Positions 63,089 to 64,000 of a stretch of 64,000 nucleotides of DNA are shown piece after piece. The first letter of the stretch is position 1. Each line of letters begins with the position of its first letter. A program made the position numbers and the translations under genes. The stretch comes from Hormiphora californensis. Its lineage: Eukaryota > Animalia > Ctenophora. The notes under the pieces were generated by a model, which was not told where the DNA came from, did no database searches, and saw nothing but the letters and a program-made list of their open reading frames with translations. The stretch spans positions 7,812,001-7,876,000 of the forward strand of contig CM035360.1 in the NCBI GenBank assembly GCA_020137815.1, in the 5' to 3' direction.

Positions 63089-64000
63089 TAATAAAGACCG
63101 TCTTATAACTCGGTGATGCTGATCATGTGGTAAAACTGAATGTTATAAATAATATAAATGCAGGAAAACATATTTGAAAAAAGAGAAACAGGTCAAGCTG
63201 AATTTTTCTTTTAAACGACCCACCAGGAGGCGATATCGTGGAAGGAGAGAAGGAAAGCATTAGTATCAGAAATGTGAAAAAGTCAGCAAGGGCAAATTCC
63301 GTCACATCTGGACTAACCGGAAACTTCGTCAAGTAATTTATTAATTGAATAAAGTACATACTTACAATCACCCCCTTACAATAAGTATAGTCGTGCCACC
63401 AGTGTTATATTATATATATATATAATTATATTTTCTGTAGTGTTTTTCAAATAAAATTATGGGCCAATGCAACTCGGTAGTTAGTTAGCATCAATGTCAT
63501 TGCGTTTCATTTATTGGGTTAGAAGTGGCCATTGTTTGGGTTTGATGCTACTGCTAGGGCTAATATTATGGTTTTGGTTGGGTTAAGTAGTCATAGTTTG
63601 ACAGTTTGTGACCCAACAAAAAGTTGAAATAAAGCGGACAGAAAGTCACCTGAGATTTTTGACCATTAACGGGTGATAACTAAAAGATGTCACAAATTTA
63701 AAACAGCTGTAGAATTTTTCCCTTATGAGATATAGCTTCGGGCTAGTTATAGAACGATTTTTCAGACAATTTTGAATCGGAATAGTATACCGGCAAAACC
63801 TAAAAAGTTCATTTTTATTGCGATATCTGATCATTTCATCTTATTCCACCAAAGCATGTAGTACGGAGATTTAAAACTTCTATGTGATCAGAAATGACTT
63901 TTCCGATGAGATAAAATTCTAATAATTGGAGGTTTGGTTGTTCATGCTATAGTCAACATAACTGCCAAGTTTGAACATTTTAGCTCATTAAGAAATTGGT

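Overview
Repeat-rich, intron-containing animal genomic DNA: GT-AG introns, TTAGGG-like motifs, and L2, RTE and CRE LINEs. Short introns and dense (GA)n tracts hint at a non-bilaterian invertebrate such as a ctenophore, but that is only a guess. Four host genes could be rebuilt by hand: a calmodulin-like EF-hand gene (+, ~6.6-8.4 kb); a PIM-like Ser/Thr kinase (+, 10.4-11.3 kb); a TRPA-like ankyrin/6TM channel (-, 15.2-19.1 kb) with a divergent pore, its channel body in one 2.2-kb exon and N-terminal microexons; and an unusually small SLC39A13/ZIP13-like zinc transporter (+, 27.4-31.5 kb, ~232 aa). A possible fifth gene starts near 62.8 kb. The rest is a nested mosaic of transposons: a young 5'-truncated L2-clade LINE, CRE/RTE/ORF1 relics, 9-bp-TSD (Mutator-like) MITEs (several with telomere-like arrays, four only 63-93 bp), TTAA-flanked Kolobok-like MITEs, an Academ-like foldback, Helitron/Helentron ends, and a piggyBac-like MITE that appears to have inserted into its own internal TTAA. 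No rRNA, tRNA or CRISPR array was seen. Gene models and family calls come from manual reading, not database searches.
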